Source: Pristiophorus japonicus (lineage: Eukaryota). Taken from it: a DNA stretch of 64,000 bases. The first letter of the stretch is position 1. The number at the start of each line of letters is the position of its first letter. This document shows, piece after piece, positions 13,801 through 26,800 of this stretch. The stretch is taken from NCBI RefSeq assembly GCF_044704955.1, contig NW_027252691.1, forward strand, positions 124,001-188,000, read 5' to 3'. The notes beneath the pieces were generated by a model. That model saw nothing but the letters and a program-made list of their open reading frames with translations, did no database searches and was not told the DNA's origin. Position numbers and translations under genes: made by a program.

Positions 13801-14590
13801 GCAGTCCCCCCGGAGCCAGAACTCACCCGCTAATCTTCATCATAGGCAGTCCCCCGGAGCCAGGGATCCCCCGCTAATCTTCATCATAGGCAGTCCCCCG
13901 GAGCCAGGGATCCCCCGCTAATCTTCATCATAGGCAGTCCCCCAGAGCCAGGAATCCCCCGCTAATCTTCATCATAGGCAGTCCCTCAGAGCCCTGAATC
14001 CCCCGCTCATCTTCATCATAGACAGTCACCCCAGAGCCAGGTATCCACCGCTAATCTTCATCATAGTCCGTTCCCCGGAGACAGGAAACCCCCGCTAATC
14101 TTCATCATAGTCCGTCCCCCGGAGCCAGGAATCCCCCGCTAATCTTCATCATAGGCAGTCCCCCAGAGCTAGGATTCCCCCGCTAATCTTCATCATAGGC
14201 AGTCCCCGGAGCCAGGAATCCCCCGCTAATCTTCATCACAGGCAGTCCCCGGAGCCAGGAATCCCCCGCTAATCTTCATCATAGGCAGTCCCCGGAGCCA
14301 GGAATCCCCCGCTAATCTTCATCACAGGCAGTCCCCGGAGCCAGGAATCCCCCGCTAATCTTCATCATAGGCAGTCCCCGGAGCCAGGAATCCCCCGCTA
14401 ATCTTCATCATAGGCCTTCCCCCCGGAGCCAGGAATCCCCCGCTAATCTTCATCTTAGGCAGTCCTCCCGGAGCCAGGAATCCCCCGCTAATCCTCATAA
14501 TAAGCAGTCCCCCCGGAGCCAGGAATCCCCCGCTAATCTTCATCATAGACAGTCCCCCCGGAGCCAGAAATCACCCGCTAATCTTCATCA
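10855..14590. repeat. Third, partial copy of the block starting at position 1 (offset 10854, then 11031 after a 177-bp, 4-monomer indel)
   Basis: ORF offsets 1911 to 12765 (10854) and 3324 to 14355 (11031). Four extra monomers lie at ~13201-13377 relative to position ~2346. Confidence 0.88.
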
Positions 14591-17500
14591 CAGGCCGTCC
14601 CCGGAGCCAGGAATACCCCGCTCATCTTCATCATAGACAGTCCCCCCAGAGCCAGGAATCATCTGCGAATCTTCATCATAGGCAGTCCCCGGAGCCAGGA
14701 ATCCCCCGCTAATCTTCATCATAGGCAGTCAACCCGGAGCCAGGAATCATCCGCGAATCTTCATCATAGGCAGTCCCCCCGGAGGCAGGAAACCCCGCTA
14801 ATCTTCATCATAGGCAGTCAACCCGGAGCCAGGAATCCCCCGCTAATCTTCATCATAGGCAGTCCCCCCGGAGCCAGGAATCCCTCGCTAATCTTCATCA
14901 TAGGTCGTCCCCCGGAGCCAGGAATCCCCCGCTAATCTTCATCACAGGCAGTCCCCCAGAGCCAGGATTCCCCCGCTAATCTTCATCATAGGCAGTCCCC
15001 CGTAGCCAGGATTCACCCGCTAATCTTCATCATAGTCCGTTCCCCGGAAACAGGAATCCCCCGCTAATCTTCATCACAGGCAGTCCCCCGTAGCCAGGAT
15101 TCACCCGTTAATCTTCATCATAGGCAGTCCCCCGGAGCCAGGATTCACCCGTTAATCTTCATCATAGGCAGTCCAGCGGAGCCAGGAATCCCCCGCTAAT
15201 CTTCATCTTAGGCAGTCCCCCCGGAGCCAGGAATCCCCCGGTAATCTTCATCACAGGCTGTCCCCCGTAGCCAGGATTCACCCGTTAATCTTCATCATAG
15301 GCAGTCCCCCCGGAGCCAGAACTCACCCGCTAATCTTCATCATAGGCCGTCCCCCCGGAGCCAGAACTCACCCACTAATCTTCATCATAGGCAGTCCCCC
15401 CGGAGCCAGAACTCACCCGCTAATCTTCATCATAGGCAGTCCCCCCGGAGCCAGAACTCACCCGCTAATCTTCATCATAGGCAGTCCCCCGGAGCCAGGG
15501 ATCCCCCGCTAATCTTCATTATAGGCAGTCCCCCGGAGCCAGGGATCCCCCGCTAATCCTCATCATAAGCAGTCCCCCCGGAGCCAGGAATCCCCCGCTA
15601 ATCTTCATCATAGACAGTCCCCCCGGAGCCAGAAATCACCCGCTAATCTTCATCATAGGCCGTCCCCGGAGCCAGGAATACCCCGCTCATCTTCATCATA
15701 GACAGTCCCCCCAGAGCCAGGAATCATCCGCGAATCTTCATCATAGGCAGTCCCCGGAGCCAGGAATCCCCCGCTAATCTTCATCATAGGCAGTCCCCCA
15801 GAGCCAGGAATCCCCCGCTAATCTTCATCATCGGCAGTCCCCCGGAGCCCTGAATCCCCCGCTCATCTTCATCATAGACAGTCACCCCAGAGCCAGGTAT
15901 CCACCGCTAATCTTCATCATAGTCCGTTCCCCGGAGACAGGAAACCCCCGCTAATCTTCATCATAGTCCGTCCCCCGGAGCCAGGAATCCCCCGCTAATC
16001 TTCATCATAGGCAGTCCCCCAGAGCTAGGATTCCCCCGCTAATCTTCATCATAGGCAGTCCCCGGAGCCAGGAATCCCCCGCTAATCTTCATCACAGGCA
16101 GTCCCCGGAGCCAGGAATCCCCCGCTAATCTTCATCATAGGCAGTCCCCGGAGCCAGGAATCCCCCGCTAATCTTCATCATAGGCCTTCCCCCCGGAGCC
16201 AGGAATCCCCCGCTAATCTTCATCTTAGGCAGTCCTCCCGGAGCCAGGAATCCCCCGCTAATCTTCATCTTAGGCAGTCCTCCCGGAGCCAGGAATCCCC
16301 CGCTAATCCTCATCATAAGCAGTCCCCCCGGAGCCAGGAATCCCCCGCTAATCTTCATCATAGACAGTCCCCCCGGAGCCAGAAATCACCCGCTAATCTT
16401 CATCATAGGCCGTCCCCGGAGCCAGGAATACCCCGCTCATCTTCATCATAGACAGTCCCCCCAGAGCCAGGAATCATCCGCGAATCTTCATCATAGGCAG
16501 TCCCCGGAGCCAGGAATCCCCCGCTAATCTTCATCATAGGCAGTCAACCCGGAGCCAGGAATCATCCGCGAATCTTCATCATAGGCAGTCCCCCCGGAGC
16601 CAGGAAACCCCGCTAATCTTCATCATAGGCAGTCAACCCGGAGCCAGGAATCCCCTGCTAATCTTCATCATAGGCAGTCCCCCCGGAGCCAGGAATCCCT
16701 CGCTAATCTTCATCATAGGTCATCCCCCGGATCCAGGAATCCCCCGCTAATCTTCATCACAGGCAGTCCCCCAGAGCCAGGATTCCCCCGCTAATCTTCA
16801 TCATAGTCCATCCCCCGTAGGCAGGATTCACCCGCTAATCTTCATCATAGTCCGTTCCCCGGAAACAGGAATCCCCCGCTAATCTTCATCATAGGCAGTC
16901 CCCCGTAGCCAGGATTCACCCGTTAATCTTCATCATAGGCAGTCCCCCGTAGCCAGGATTCACCCGTTAATCTTCATCTTAGGCAGTGCCCCCGGAGCCA
17001 GGAATCCCCCGCTAATCTTCATCACAGGCAGTCCCCCGTAGCCAGGAATCCCCCGCTAATCTTCATCACAGGCAGTCCCCCGTAGCCAGGATTCACCCGT
17101 TAATCTTCATCACAGGCAGTCCCCCGTAGCCAGGATTCACCCGTTAATCTTCATCACAGGCAGTCCCCCGTAGCCAGGATTCACCCGTTAATCTTCATCA
17201 TAGGCAGTCCAGCGGAGCCAGGAATCCCCCGCTAATCTTCATCATAGGCAGTCCCCCCGGAGCCAGGAATCCCTCGCTAATCTTCATCATAGGCAGTCCC
17301 ACCGGAGCCAGAACTCACCCGCTAATCTTCATCATAGGCCGTCCCACCGGAGCCAGGAATCCCCCGCTAATCCTCATCATAGGCCATCCCCCCGGAGCCA
17401 GGGATCCCCCGCTAATCTTCATCATAGGCAGTCCCCCGGAGCCAGGGATCCCCCGCTAATCTTCATCATAGGCAGTCCCCTGGAGCCAGGGATCCCCCGC

Positions 17501-18119
17501 TAATCTTCATCATAGGCAGTCCCCGGAGCCAGGAATCTCCCACTAATCTTCAGAATAGGCAGTCCCCCCGGAGCCAGGAATCTCCCACTAATCTTCATCA
17601 TAGGCAGTCCCTGGAGCCAGGAATCTCCCACTAATCTTCATCATCGACAGTCACCCCGGAGCCAGGAATCCTCCGCTAATCTTCATCATAGGCAGCCCCC
17701 AGAGCCAGAAATCCCCCGGTAATCTTCATCATAGGCAGCCCCCGAAGACAGGAATCCCCCGCTAATCTTCATTATAGGCCATCCGCGGAGCCAGGAATCC
17801 CCCGCTGATCTTCATCATAGTCCGTTCCCCGGAGACAGGAATCCCCCGCGAATCTTCATCACAGGCAGTCCCCCAGAGCCAGGAATCCCCCGCTAATCTT
17901 CATCATAGTCCATCCACCGGAGCCAGGAATCTACCGCTAATCTTCATCATAGTCCATCCCCTGGAGCCAGCAATCCCCCGCTAATCTACATCATAAGCAG
18001 TCACCCCGGAGCCAGGAATTCCCCGCTAATCTTCATCATAGGACATCCGCCTGGAGCCAGGAATCCCCCGCTAATCTTCATCATAGGCAGTCCCCACGGA
18101 GCCAGGAATCCCCCGCAAA

Positions 18120-20081
18120 TCTTCATCATAGGCCGTCCCCCCGGAGCCAGAACTCACCCACTAATCTTCATCATAGGCAGTCCCCCCGGAGCCAGAACTC
18201 ACCCGCTAATCTTCATCATAGGCAGTCCCTCCGGAGCCAGAACTCACCCGCTAATCTTCATCATAGGCAGTCCCCCGGAGCCAGGGATCCCCCGCTAATC
18301 TTCATCATAGGCAGTCCCCCGGAGCCAGGGATCCCCCGCTAATCTTCATCATAGGCACTCCCCCAGAGCCAGGAATCCCCCGCTAATCTTCATCATAGGC
18401 AGTCCCTCGGAGCCCTGAATCCCCCGCTCATCTTCATCATAGACAGTCACCCCAGAGCCAGGTATCCACCGCTAATCTTCATCATAGTCCGTTCCCCGGA
18501 GACAGGAAACCCCCGCTAATCTTCATCATAGTCCGTCCCCCGGAGCCAGGAATCCCCCGCTAATCTTCATCATAGGCAGTCCCCCAGAGCTAGGATTCCC
18601 CCGCTAATCCTCATCATAAGCAGTCCCCCCGGAGCCAGGAATCCCCCGCTAATCTTCATCATAGACAGTCCCCCCGGAGCCAGAAATCACCCGCTAATCT
18701 TCATCATAGGCCGTCCCCGGAGCCAGGAATACCCCGCTCATCTTCATCATAGACAGTCCCCCCAGAGCCAGGAATCATCCGCGAATCTTCATCATAGGCA
18801 GTCCCCGGAGCCAGGAATCCCCCGCTAATCTTCATCATAGGCAGTCCCCCAGAGCCAGGAATCCCCCGCTAATCTTCATCATAGGCAGTCCCCCGGAGCC
18901 CTGAATCCCCCGCTCATCTTCATCATAGACAGTCACCCCAGAGCCAGGTATCCACCGCTAATCTTCATCATAGTCCGTTCCCCGGAGACAGGAAACCCCC
19001 GCTAATCTTCATCATAGTCCGTCCCCCGGAGCCAGGAATCCCCCGCTAATCTTCATCACAGGCAGTCCCCCGTAGCCAGGATTCACCCGTTAATCTTCAT
19101 CATAGGCCGTCCCCCCGGAGCCAGAACTCACCCACTAATCTTCATCATAGGCAGTCCCCCCGGAGCCAGAACTCACCCGCTAATCTTCATCATAGGCAGT
19201 CCCTCCGGAGCCAGAACTCACCCGCTAATCTTCATCATAGGCAGTCCCCCGGAGCCAGGGATCCCCCGCTAATCTTCATCATAGGCAGTCCCCCGGAGCC
19301 AGGGATCCCCCGCTAATCTTCATCATAGGCAGTCCCCCAGAGCCAGGAATCCCCCGCTAATCTTCATCATAGGCAGTCCCTCGGAGCCCTGAATCCCCCG
19401 CTCATCTTCATCATAGACAGTCACCCCAGAGCCAGGTATCCACCGCTAATCTTCATCATAGTCCGTTCCCCGGAGACAGGAAACGCCCGCTAATCTTCAT
19501 CATAGTCCGTCCCCCGGAGCCAGGAATCCCCCGCTAATCTTCATCATAGGCAGTCCCCCAGAGCTAGGATTCCCCCGCTAATCCTCATCATAAGCAGTCC
19601 CCCCGGAGCCAGGAATCCCCCGCTAATCTTCATCATAGACAGTCCCCCCGGAGCCAGAAATCACCCGCTAATCTTCATCATAGGCCGTCCCCGGAGCCAG
19701 GAATACCCCGCTCATCTTCATCATAGACAGTCCCCCCAGAGCCAGGAATCATCCGCGAATCTTCATCATAGGCAGTCCCCGGAGCCAGGAATCCCCCGCT
19801 AATCTTCATCATAGGCAGTCCCCCAGAGCCAGGAATCCCCCGCTAATCTTCATCATAGGCAGTCCCCCGGAGCCCTGAATCCCCCGCTCATCTTCATCAT
19901 AGACAGTCACCCCAGAGCCAGGTATCCACCGCTAATCTTCATCATAGTCCGTTCCCCGGAGACAGGAAACCCCCGCTAATCTTCATCATAGTCCGTCCCC
20001 CGGAGCCAGGAATCCCCCGCTAATCTTCATCACAGGCAGTCCCCCGTAGCCAGGATTCACCCGTTAATCTTCATCATAGGC
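18120..20081. repeat. Higher-order tandem duplication, period 974 bp (22 monomers)
   Basis: Private variant GGCAGTCCCTCCGG has its T at 18230 and 19204, and the monomer order is the same in both copies. Confidence 0.85.
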
Positions 20082-23000
20082 AGTCCCCCCGGAGCCAGAA
20101 CTCACCCGCTAATCTTCATCATAGGCCGTCCCCCCGGAGCCAGAACTCACCCACTAATCTTCATCATAGGCAGTCCCCCCGGAGCCAGAACTCACCCGCT
20201 AATCTTCATCATAGGCAGTCCCCCCGGAGCCAGAACTCACCCGCTAATCTTCATCATAGGCAGTCCCCCGGAGCCAGGGATCCCCCGCTAATCTTCATCA
20301 TAGGCAGTCCCCCGGAGCCAGGGATCCCCCGCTAATCCTCATCATAAGCAGTCCCCCCGGAGCCAGGAATCCCCCGCTAATCTTCATCATAGACAGTCCC
20401 CCCGGAGCCAGAAATCACCCGCTAATCTTCATCATAGGCCGTCCCCGGAGCCAGGAATACCCCGCTCATCTTCATCATAGACAGTCCCCCCAGAGCCAGG
20501 AATCATCCGCGAATCTTCATCATAGGCAGTCCCCGGAGCCAGGAATCCCCCGCTAATCTTCATCATAGGCAGTCCCCCAGAGCCAGGAATCCCCCGCTAA
20601 TCTTCATCATAGGCAGTCCCCCGGAGCCCTGAATCCCCCGCTCATCTTCATCATAGACAGTCACCCCAGAGCCAGGTATCCACCGCTAATCTTCATCATA
20701 GTCCGTTCCCCGGAGACAGGAAACCCCCGCTAATCTTCATCATAGTCCGTCCCCCGGAGCCAGGAATCCCCCGCTAATCTTCATCATAGGCAGTCCCCCA
20801 GAGCTAGGATTCCCCCGCTAATCTTCATCATAGGCAGTCCCCGGAGCCAGGAATCCCCCGCTAATCTTCATCACAGGCAGTCCCCGGAGCCAGGAATCCC
20901 CCGCTAATCTTCATCATAGGCAGTCCCCGGAGCCAGGAATCCCCCGCTAATCTTCATCATAGGCCTTCCCCCCGGAGCCAGGAATCCCCCGCTAATCTTC
21001 ATCTTAGGCAGTCCTCCCGGAGCCAGGAATCCCCCGCTAATCTTCATCTTAGGCAGTCCTCCCGGAGCCAGGAATCCCCCGCTAATCCTCATCATAAGCA
21101 GTCCCCCCGGAGCCAGGAATCCCCCGCTAATCTTCATCATAGACAGTCCCCCCGGAGCCAGAAATCCCCCGCTAATCTTCATCATAGGCCGTCCCCGGAG
21201 CCAGGAATACCCCGCTCATCTTCATCATAGACAGTCCCCCCAGAGCCAGGAATCATCCGCGAATCTTCATCATAGGCAGTCCCCGGAGCCAGGAATCCCC
21301 CGCTAATCTTCATCATAGGCAGTCAACCCGGAGCCAGGAATCATCCGCGAATCTTCATCATAGGCAGTCCCCCCGGAGCCAGGAAACCCCGCTAATCTTC
21401 ATCATAGGCAGTCAACCCGGAGCCAGGAATCCCCTGCTAATCTTCATCATAGGCAGTCCCCCCGGAGCCAGGAATCCCTCGCTAATCTTCATCATAGGTC
21501 ATCCCCCGGATCCAGGAATCCCCCGCTAATCTTCATCACAGGCAGTCCCCCAGAGCCAGGATTCCCCCGCTAATCTTCATCATAGTCCATCCCCCGTAGG
21601 CAGGATTCACCCGCTAATCTTCATCATAGTCCGTTCCCCGGAAACAGGAATCCCCCGCTAATCTTCATCATAGGCAGTCCCCCGTAGCCAGGATTCACCC
21701 GTTAATCTTCATCATAGGCAGTCCCCCGTAGCCAGGATTCACCCGTTAATCTTCATCTTAGGCAGTGCCCCCGGAGCCAGGAATCCCCCACTAATCTTCA
21801 TCACAGGCAGTCCCCCGTAGCCAGGAATCCCCCGCTAATCTTCATCACAGGCAGTCCCCCGTAGCCAGGATTCACCCGTTAATCTTCATCACAGGCAGTC
21901 CCCCGTAGCCAGGATTCACCCGTTAATCTTCATCACAGGCAGTCCCCCGTAGCCAGGATTCACCCGTTAATCTTCATCATAGGCAGTCCAGCGGAGCCAG
22001 GAATCCCCCGCTAATCTTCATCATAGGCAGTCCCCCCGGAGCCAGGAATCCCTCGCTAATCTTCATCATAGGCAGTCCCACCGGAGCCAGAACTCACCCG
22101 CTAATCTTCATCATAGGCCGTCCCACCGGAGCCAGGAATCCCCCGCTAATCCTCATCATAGGCCATCCCCCCGGAGCCAGGGATCCCCCGCTAATCTTCA
22201 TCATAGGCAGTCCCCCGGAGCCAGGGATCCCCCGCTAATCTTCATCATAGGCAGTCCCCTGGAGCCAGGGATCCCCCGCTAATCTTCATCATAGGCAGTC
22301 CCCGGAGCCAGGAATCTCCCACTAATCTTCAGCATAGGCAGTCCCCCCGGAGCCAGGAATCTCCCACTAATCTTCATCATAGGCAGTCCCTGGAGCCAGG
22401 AATCTCCCACTAATCTTCATCATCGACAGTCACCCCGGAGCCAGGAATCCTCCGCTAATCTTCATCATAGGCAGCCCCCAGAGCCAGAAATCCCCCGGTA
22501 ATCTTCATCATAGGCAGCCCCCGAAGACAGGAATCCCCCGCTAATCTTCATTATAGGCCATCCGCGGAGCCAGGAATCCCCCGCTAATCTTCATCATAGT
22601 CCATCCACCGGAGCCAGGAATCTACCGCTAATCTTCATCATAGTCCATCCCCTGGAGCCAGCAATCCCCCGCTAATCTACATCATAAGCAGTCACCCCGG
22701 AGCCAGGAATTCCCCGCTAATCTTCATCATAGGACATCCGCCTGGAGCTAGGAATCCCCCGCTAATCTTCATCATAGGCAGTCCCCACGGAGCCAGGAAT
22801 CCCCCGCAAATCTTCATCATAGGCAGTCCCCCCGGAGCCAGGAATCCCCGGGTAATCTTCATCACAGGCAGTCCCCCGGGGCCAAGAATCCCCCGCTAAT
22901 CTTCATCATAGTCCGTCCCCGGAGCCAGGAATCCCCCGCTAATCCTCATCATAGGCAGCCCCCGGAGACAGGAATTCCCCGCTAATCTTCATCATAGGCA

Positions 23001-23800
23001 GTCCCCGGAGACAGGAATCCTCCGCTAATCCTCAGCATAGGCCATCCCCCGGAGCCAGCAATCCCCCGCTAATCTTCATTATAGGCAGTCCCCCGGAGCC
23101 AGAAATCACCCGCTAATCTTCGTCATAGGCCGTACCCCGGAGCCAGGAATCCCCCGCTAATCTTCATCATAGGCAGTCCCCCCGGAGCCAGAAATCCCCC
23201 GCTAATCCTCATCATAGGCAGTCCCCCAGAGCCAGGAGTCCACCGCTAATCTTCATCATAGGCAGTCCCCGGAGCCAGGAATCCCCCGCTAATCTTCATC
23301 ATAGGCAGTCCCCGGAGCCAGGAATCCCCCGCTAATCTTCATCACAGGCAGTCCCCGGAGCCAGGAATCCCCCGCTAATCTTCATCATAGGCCTTCCCCC
23401 CGGAGCCAGGAATCCCCCGCTAATCTTCATCTTAGGCAGTCCTCCCGGAGCCAGGAATCCCCCGCTAATCTTCATCTTAGGCAGTCCTCCCGGAGCCAGG
23501 AATCCCCCGCTAATCCTCACCATAAGCAGTCCCCCCGGAGCCAGGAATTCCCCGCTAATCTTCATCATAGACAGTCCCCCCGGAGCCAGAAATCACCCGC
23601 TAATCTTCATCATAGGCCGTCCCCGGAGCCAGGAATACCCCGCTCATCTTCATCATAGACAGTCCCCCCAGAGCCAGGAATCATCCGCGAATCTTCATCA
23701 TAGGCAGTCAACCCGGAGCCAGGAATCATCCGCGAATCTTCATCATAGGCAGTCCCCCCGGAGCCAGGAAACCCCGCTAATCTTCATCATAGGCAGTCAA

Positions 23801-26800
23801 CCCGGAGCCAGGAATCCCCCGCTAATCTTCATCATAGGCAGTCCCCCCCGGAGCCAGGAATCCCTCGCTAATCTTCATCATAGGTCATCCCCCGGATCCA
23901 GGAATCCCCCGCTAATCTTCATCACAGGCAGTCCCCCAGAGCCAGGAATCCCCCGCTAATCTTCATCACAGGCAGTCCCCGGAGCCAGGAATCCCCCGTT
24001 AATCTTCATCATAGGCAGTCCCCGGAGCCAGGAATCCCCCGCTAATCTTCATCATAGGCCTTCCCCCCGGAGCCAGGAATCCCCCGCTAATCTTCATCTT
24101 AGGCAGTCCTCCCGGAGCCAGGAATCCCCCGCTAATCCTCATCATAAGCAGTCCCCCCGGAGCCAGGAATCCCCCGCTAATCTTCATCATAGACAGTCCC
24201 CCCGGAGCCAGAAATCACCCGCTAATCTTCATCATAGGCCGTCCCCGGAGCCAGGAATACCCCGCTCATCTTCATCATAGACAGTCCCCCCAGAGCCAGG
24301 AATCATCTGCGAATCTTCATCATAGGCCGTCCCCGGAGCCAGGAATACCCCGCTCATCTTCATCATAGACAGTCCCCCCAGAGCCAGGAATCATCCGCGA
24401 ATCTTCATCATAGGCAGTCCCCGGAGCCAGGAATCCCCCGCTAATCTTCATCATAGGCAGTCAACCCGGAGCCAGGAATCATCCGCTAATCTTCATCATA
24501 GGCCGTCCCCGGAGCCAGGAATCCCCCGCTAATCTTCATCATAGGCAGTCCCCGGAGCCAGGAATCCCCCGCTAATCTTCATCATAGGCCTTCCCCCCGG
24601 AGCCAGGAATCCCCCGCTAATCTTCATCTTAGGCAGTCCTCCCGGAGCCAGGAATCCCCCGCTAATCCTCATCATAAGCAGTCCCCCCGGAGCCAGGAAT
24701 CCCCCGCTAATCTTCATCATAGACAGTCACCCCGGAGCCAGAAATCACCCGCTAATCTTCATCATAGGCCGTCCCCGGAGCCAGGAATACCCCGCTCATC
24801 TTCATCATAGACAGTCCCCCCAGAGCCAGGAATCATCTGCGAATCTTCATCATAGGCAGTCCCCGGAGCCAGGAATCCCCCGCTAATCTTCATCATAGGC
24901 AGTCAACCCGGAGCCAGGAATCATCCGCGAATCTTCATCATAGGCAGTCCCCCCGGAGTCAGGAAACCCCGCTAATCTTCATCATAGGCAGTCAACCCGG
25001 AGCCAGGAATCCCCCGCTAATCTTCATCATAGGCAGTCCCCCCGGAGCCAGGAATCCCTCGCTAATCTTCATCATAGGTCATCCCCCGGAGCCAGGAATC
25101 CCCCGCTAATCTTCATCACAGGCAGTCCCCCAGAGCCAGGATTCCCCCGCTAATCTTCATCACAGGCAGTCCCCCAGAGCCAGGATTCCCCCGCTAATCT
25201 TCATCATAGGCAGTCCCCCGTAGCCAGGATTCACCCGCTAATCTTCATCATAGTCCGTTCCCCGGAAACAGGAATCCCCCGCTAATCTTCATCACAGGCA
25301 GTCCCCCGTAGCCAGGATTCACCCGTTAATCTTCATCATAGGCAGTCCCCCGTAGCCAGGATTCACCCGTTAATCTTCATCATAGGCAGTCCAGCGGAGC
25401 CAGGAATCCCCCGGTAATCTTCATCACAGGCAGTCCCCCGTAGCCAGGATTCACCCGTTAATCTTCATCATAGGCAGTCCCCCCGGAGCCAGAACTCACC
25501 CGCTAATCTTCATCATCAGCAGTCACCCCGGAGCCAGGAATTCCCCGCTAATCTTCATCATAGGACATCCGCCTGGAGCCAGGAATCCCCCGCTAATCTT
25601 CATCATAGGCAGTCCCCACGGAGCCAGGAATCCCCCGCAAATCTTCATCATAGGCAGTCCCCCCGGAGCCAGGAATCCCTCGCTAATCTTCATCATAGGT
25701 CATCCCCCGGATCCAGGAATCCCCCGCTAATCTTCATCACAGGCAGTCCCCCAGAGCCAGGATTCCCCCGCTAATCTTCATCATAGTCCGTTCCCCGGAA
25801 ACAGAACTCACCCGCTAATCTTCATCATAGGCCGTCCCACCGGAGCCAGGAATCCCCCGCTAATCCTCATCATAGGCCATCCCCCCGGAGCCAGGGATCC
25901 CCCGCTAATCTTCATCATAGGCAGTCCCCCGGAGCCAGGGATCCCCCGCTAATCTTCATCATAGGCAGTCCCCTGGAGCCAGGAATCTCCCACTAATCTT
26001 CATCATCGACAGTCACCCCGGAGCCAGGAATCCTCCGCTAATCTTCATCATAGGCAGCCCCCAGAGCCAGAAATCCCCCGGTAATCTTCATCATAGGCAG
26101 CCCCCGAAGACAGGAATCCCCCGCTAATCTTCATTATAGGCCATCCGCGGAGCCAGGAATCCCCCGCTGATCTTCATCATAGTCCGTTCCCCGGAGACAG
26201 GAATCCCCCGCTAATCTTCATCACAGGCAGTCCCCCAGAGCCAGGAATCCCCCGCTAATCTTCATCATAGTCCATCCACCGGAGCCAGGAATCTACCGCT
26301 AATCTTCATCATAGTCCATCCCCTGGAGCCAGCAATCCCCCGCTAATCTACATCATAAGCAGTCACCCCGGAGCCAGGAATTCCCCACTAATCTTCATCA
26401 TAGGCAGTCCCCCCGGAGCCAGGAATCCCCCGCTAATCTTCATCATAGGCAGTCCCCCCCGGAGCCAGGAATCCCTCGCTAATCTTCATCATAGGTCATC
26501 CCCCGGATCCAGGAATCCCCCGCTAATCTTCATCACAGGCAGTCCCCCAGAGCCAGGAATCCCCCGCTAATCTTCATCACAGGCAGTCCCCGGAGCCAGG
26601 AATCCCCCGTTAATCTTCATCATAGGCAGTCCCCGGAGCCAGGAATCCCCCGCTAATCTTCATCATAGGCCTTCCCCCCGGAGCCAGGAATCCCCCTCTA
26701 ATCTTCATCTTAGGCAGTCCTCCCGGAGCCAGGAATCCCCCGCTAATCCTCATCATAAGCAGTCCCCCCGGAGCCAGGAATCCCCCGCTAATCTTCATCA

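Noticed and set aside
25505-25525. Satellite-encoded hammerhead ribozyme or box C/D RNA (minus-strand ATGATGA; CTGATGA at ~25515, ~28126 and ~49022)
   Set aside because: An exact CUGAUGA occurs only in rare variants. The required GAAA and the three stems are absent, and there is no regularly paired box D or terminal stem.
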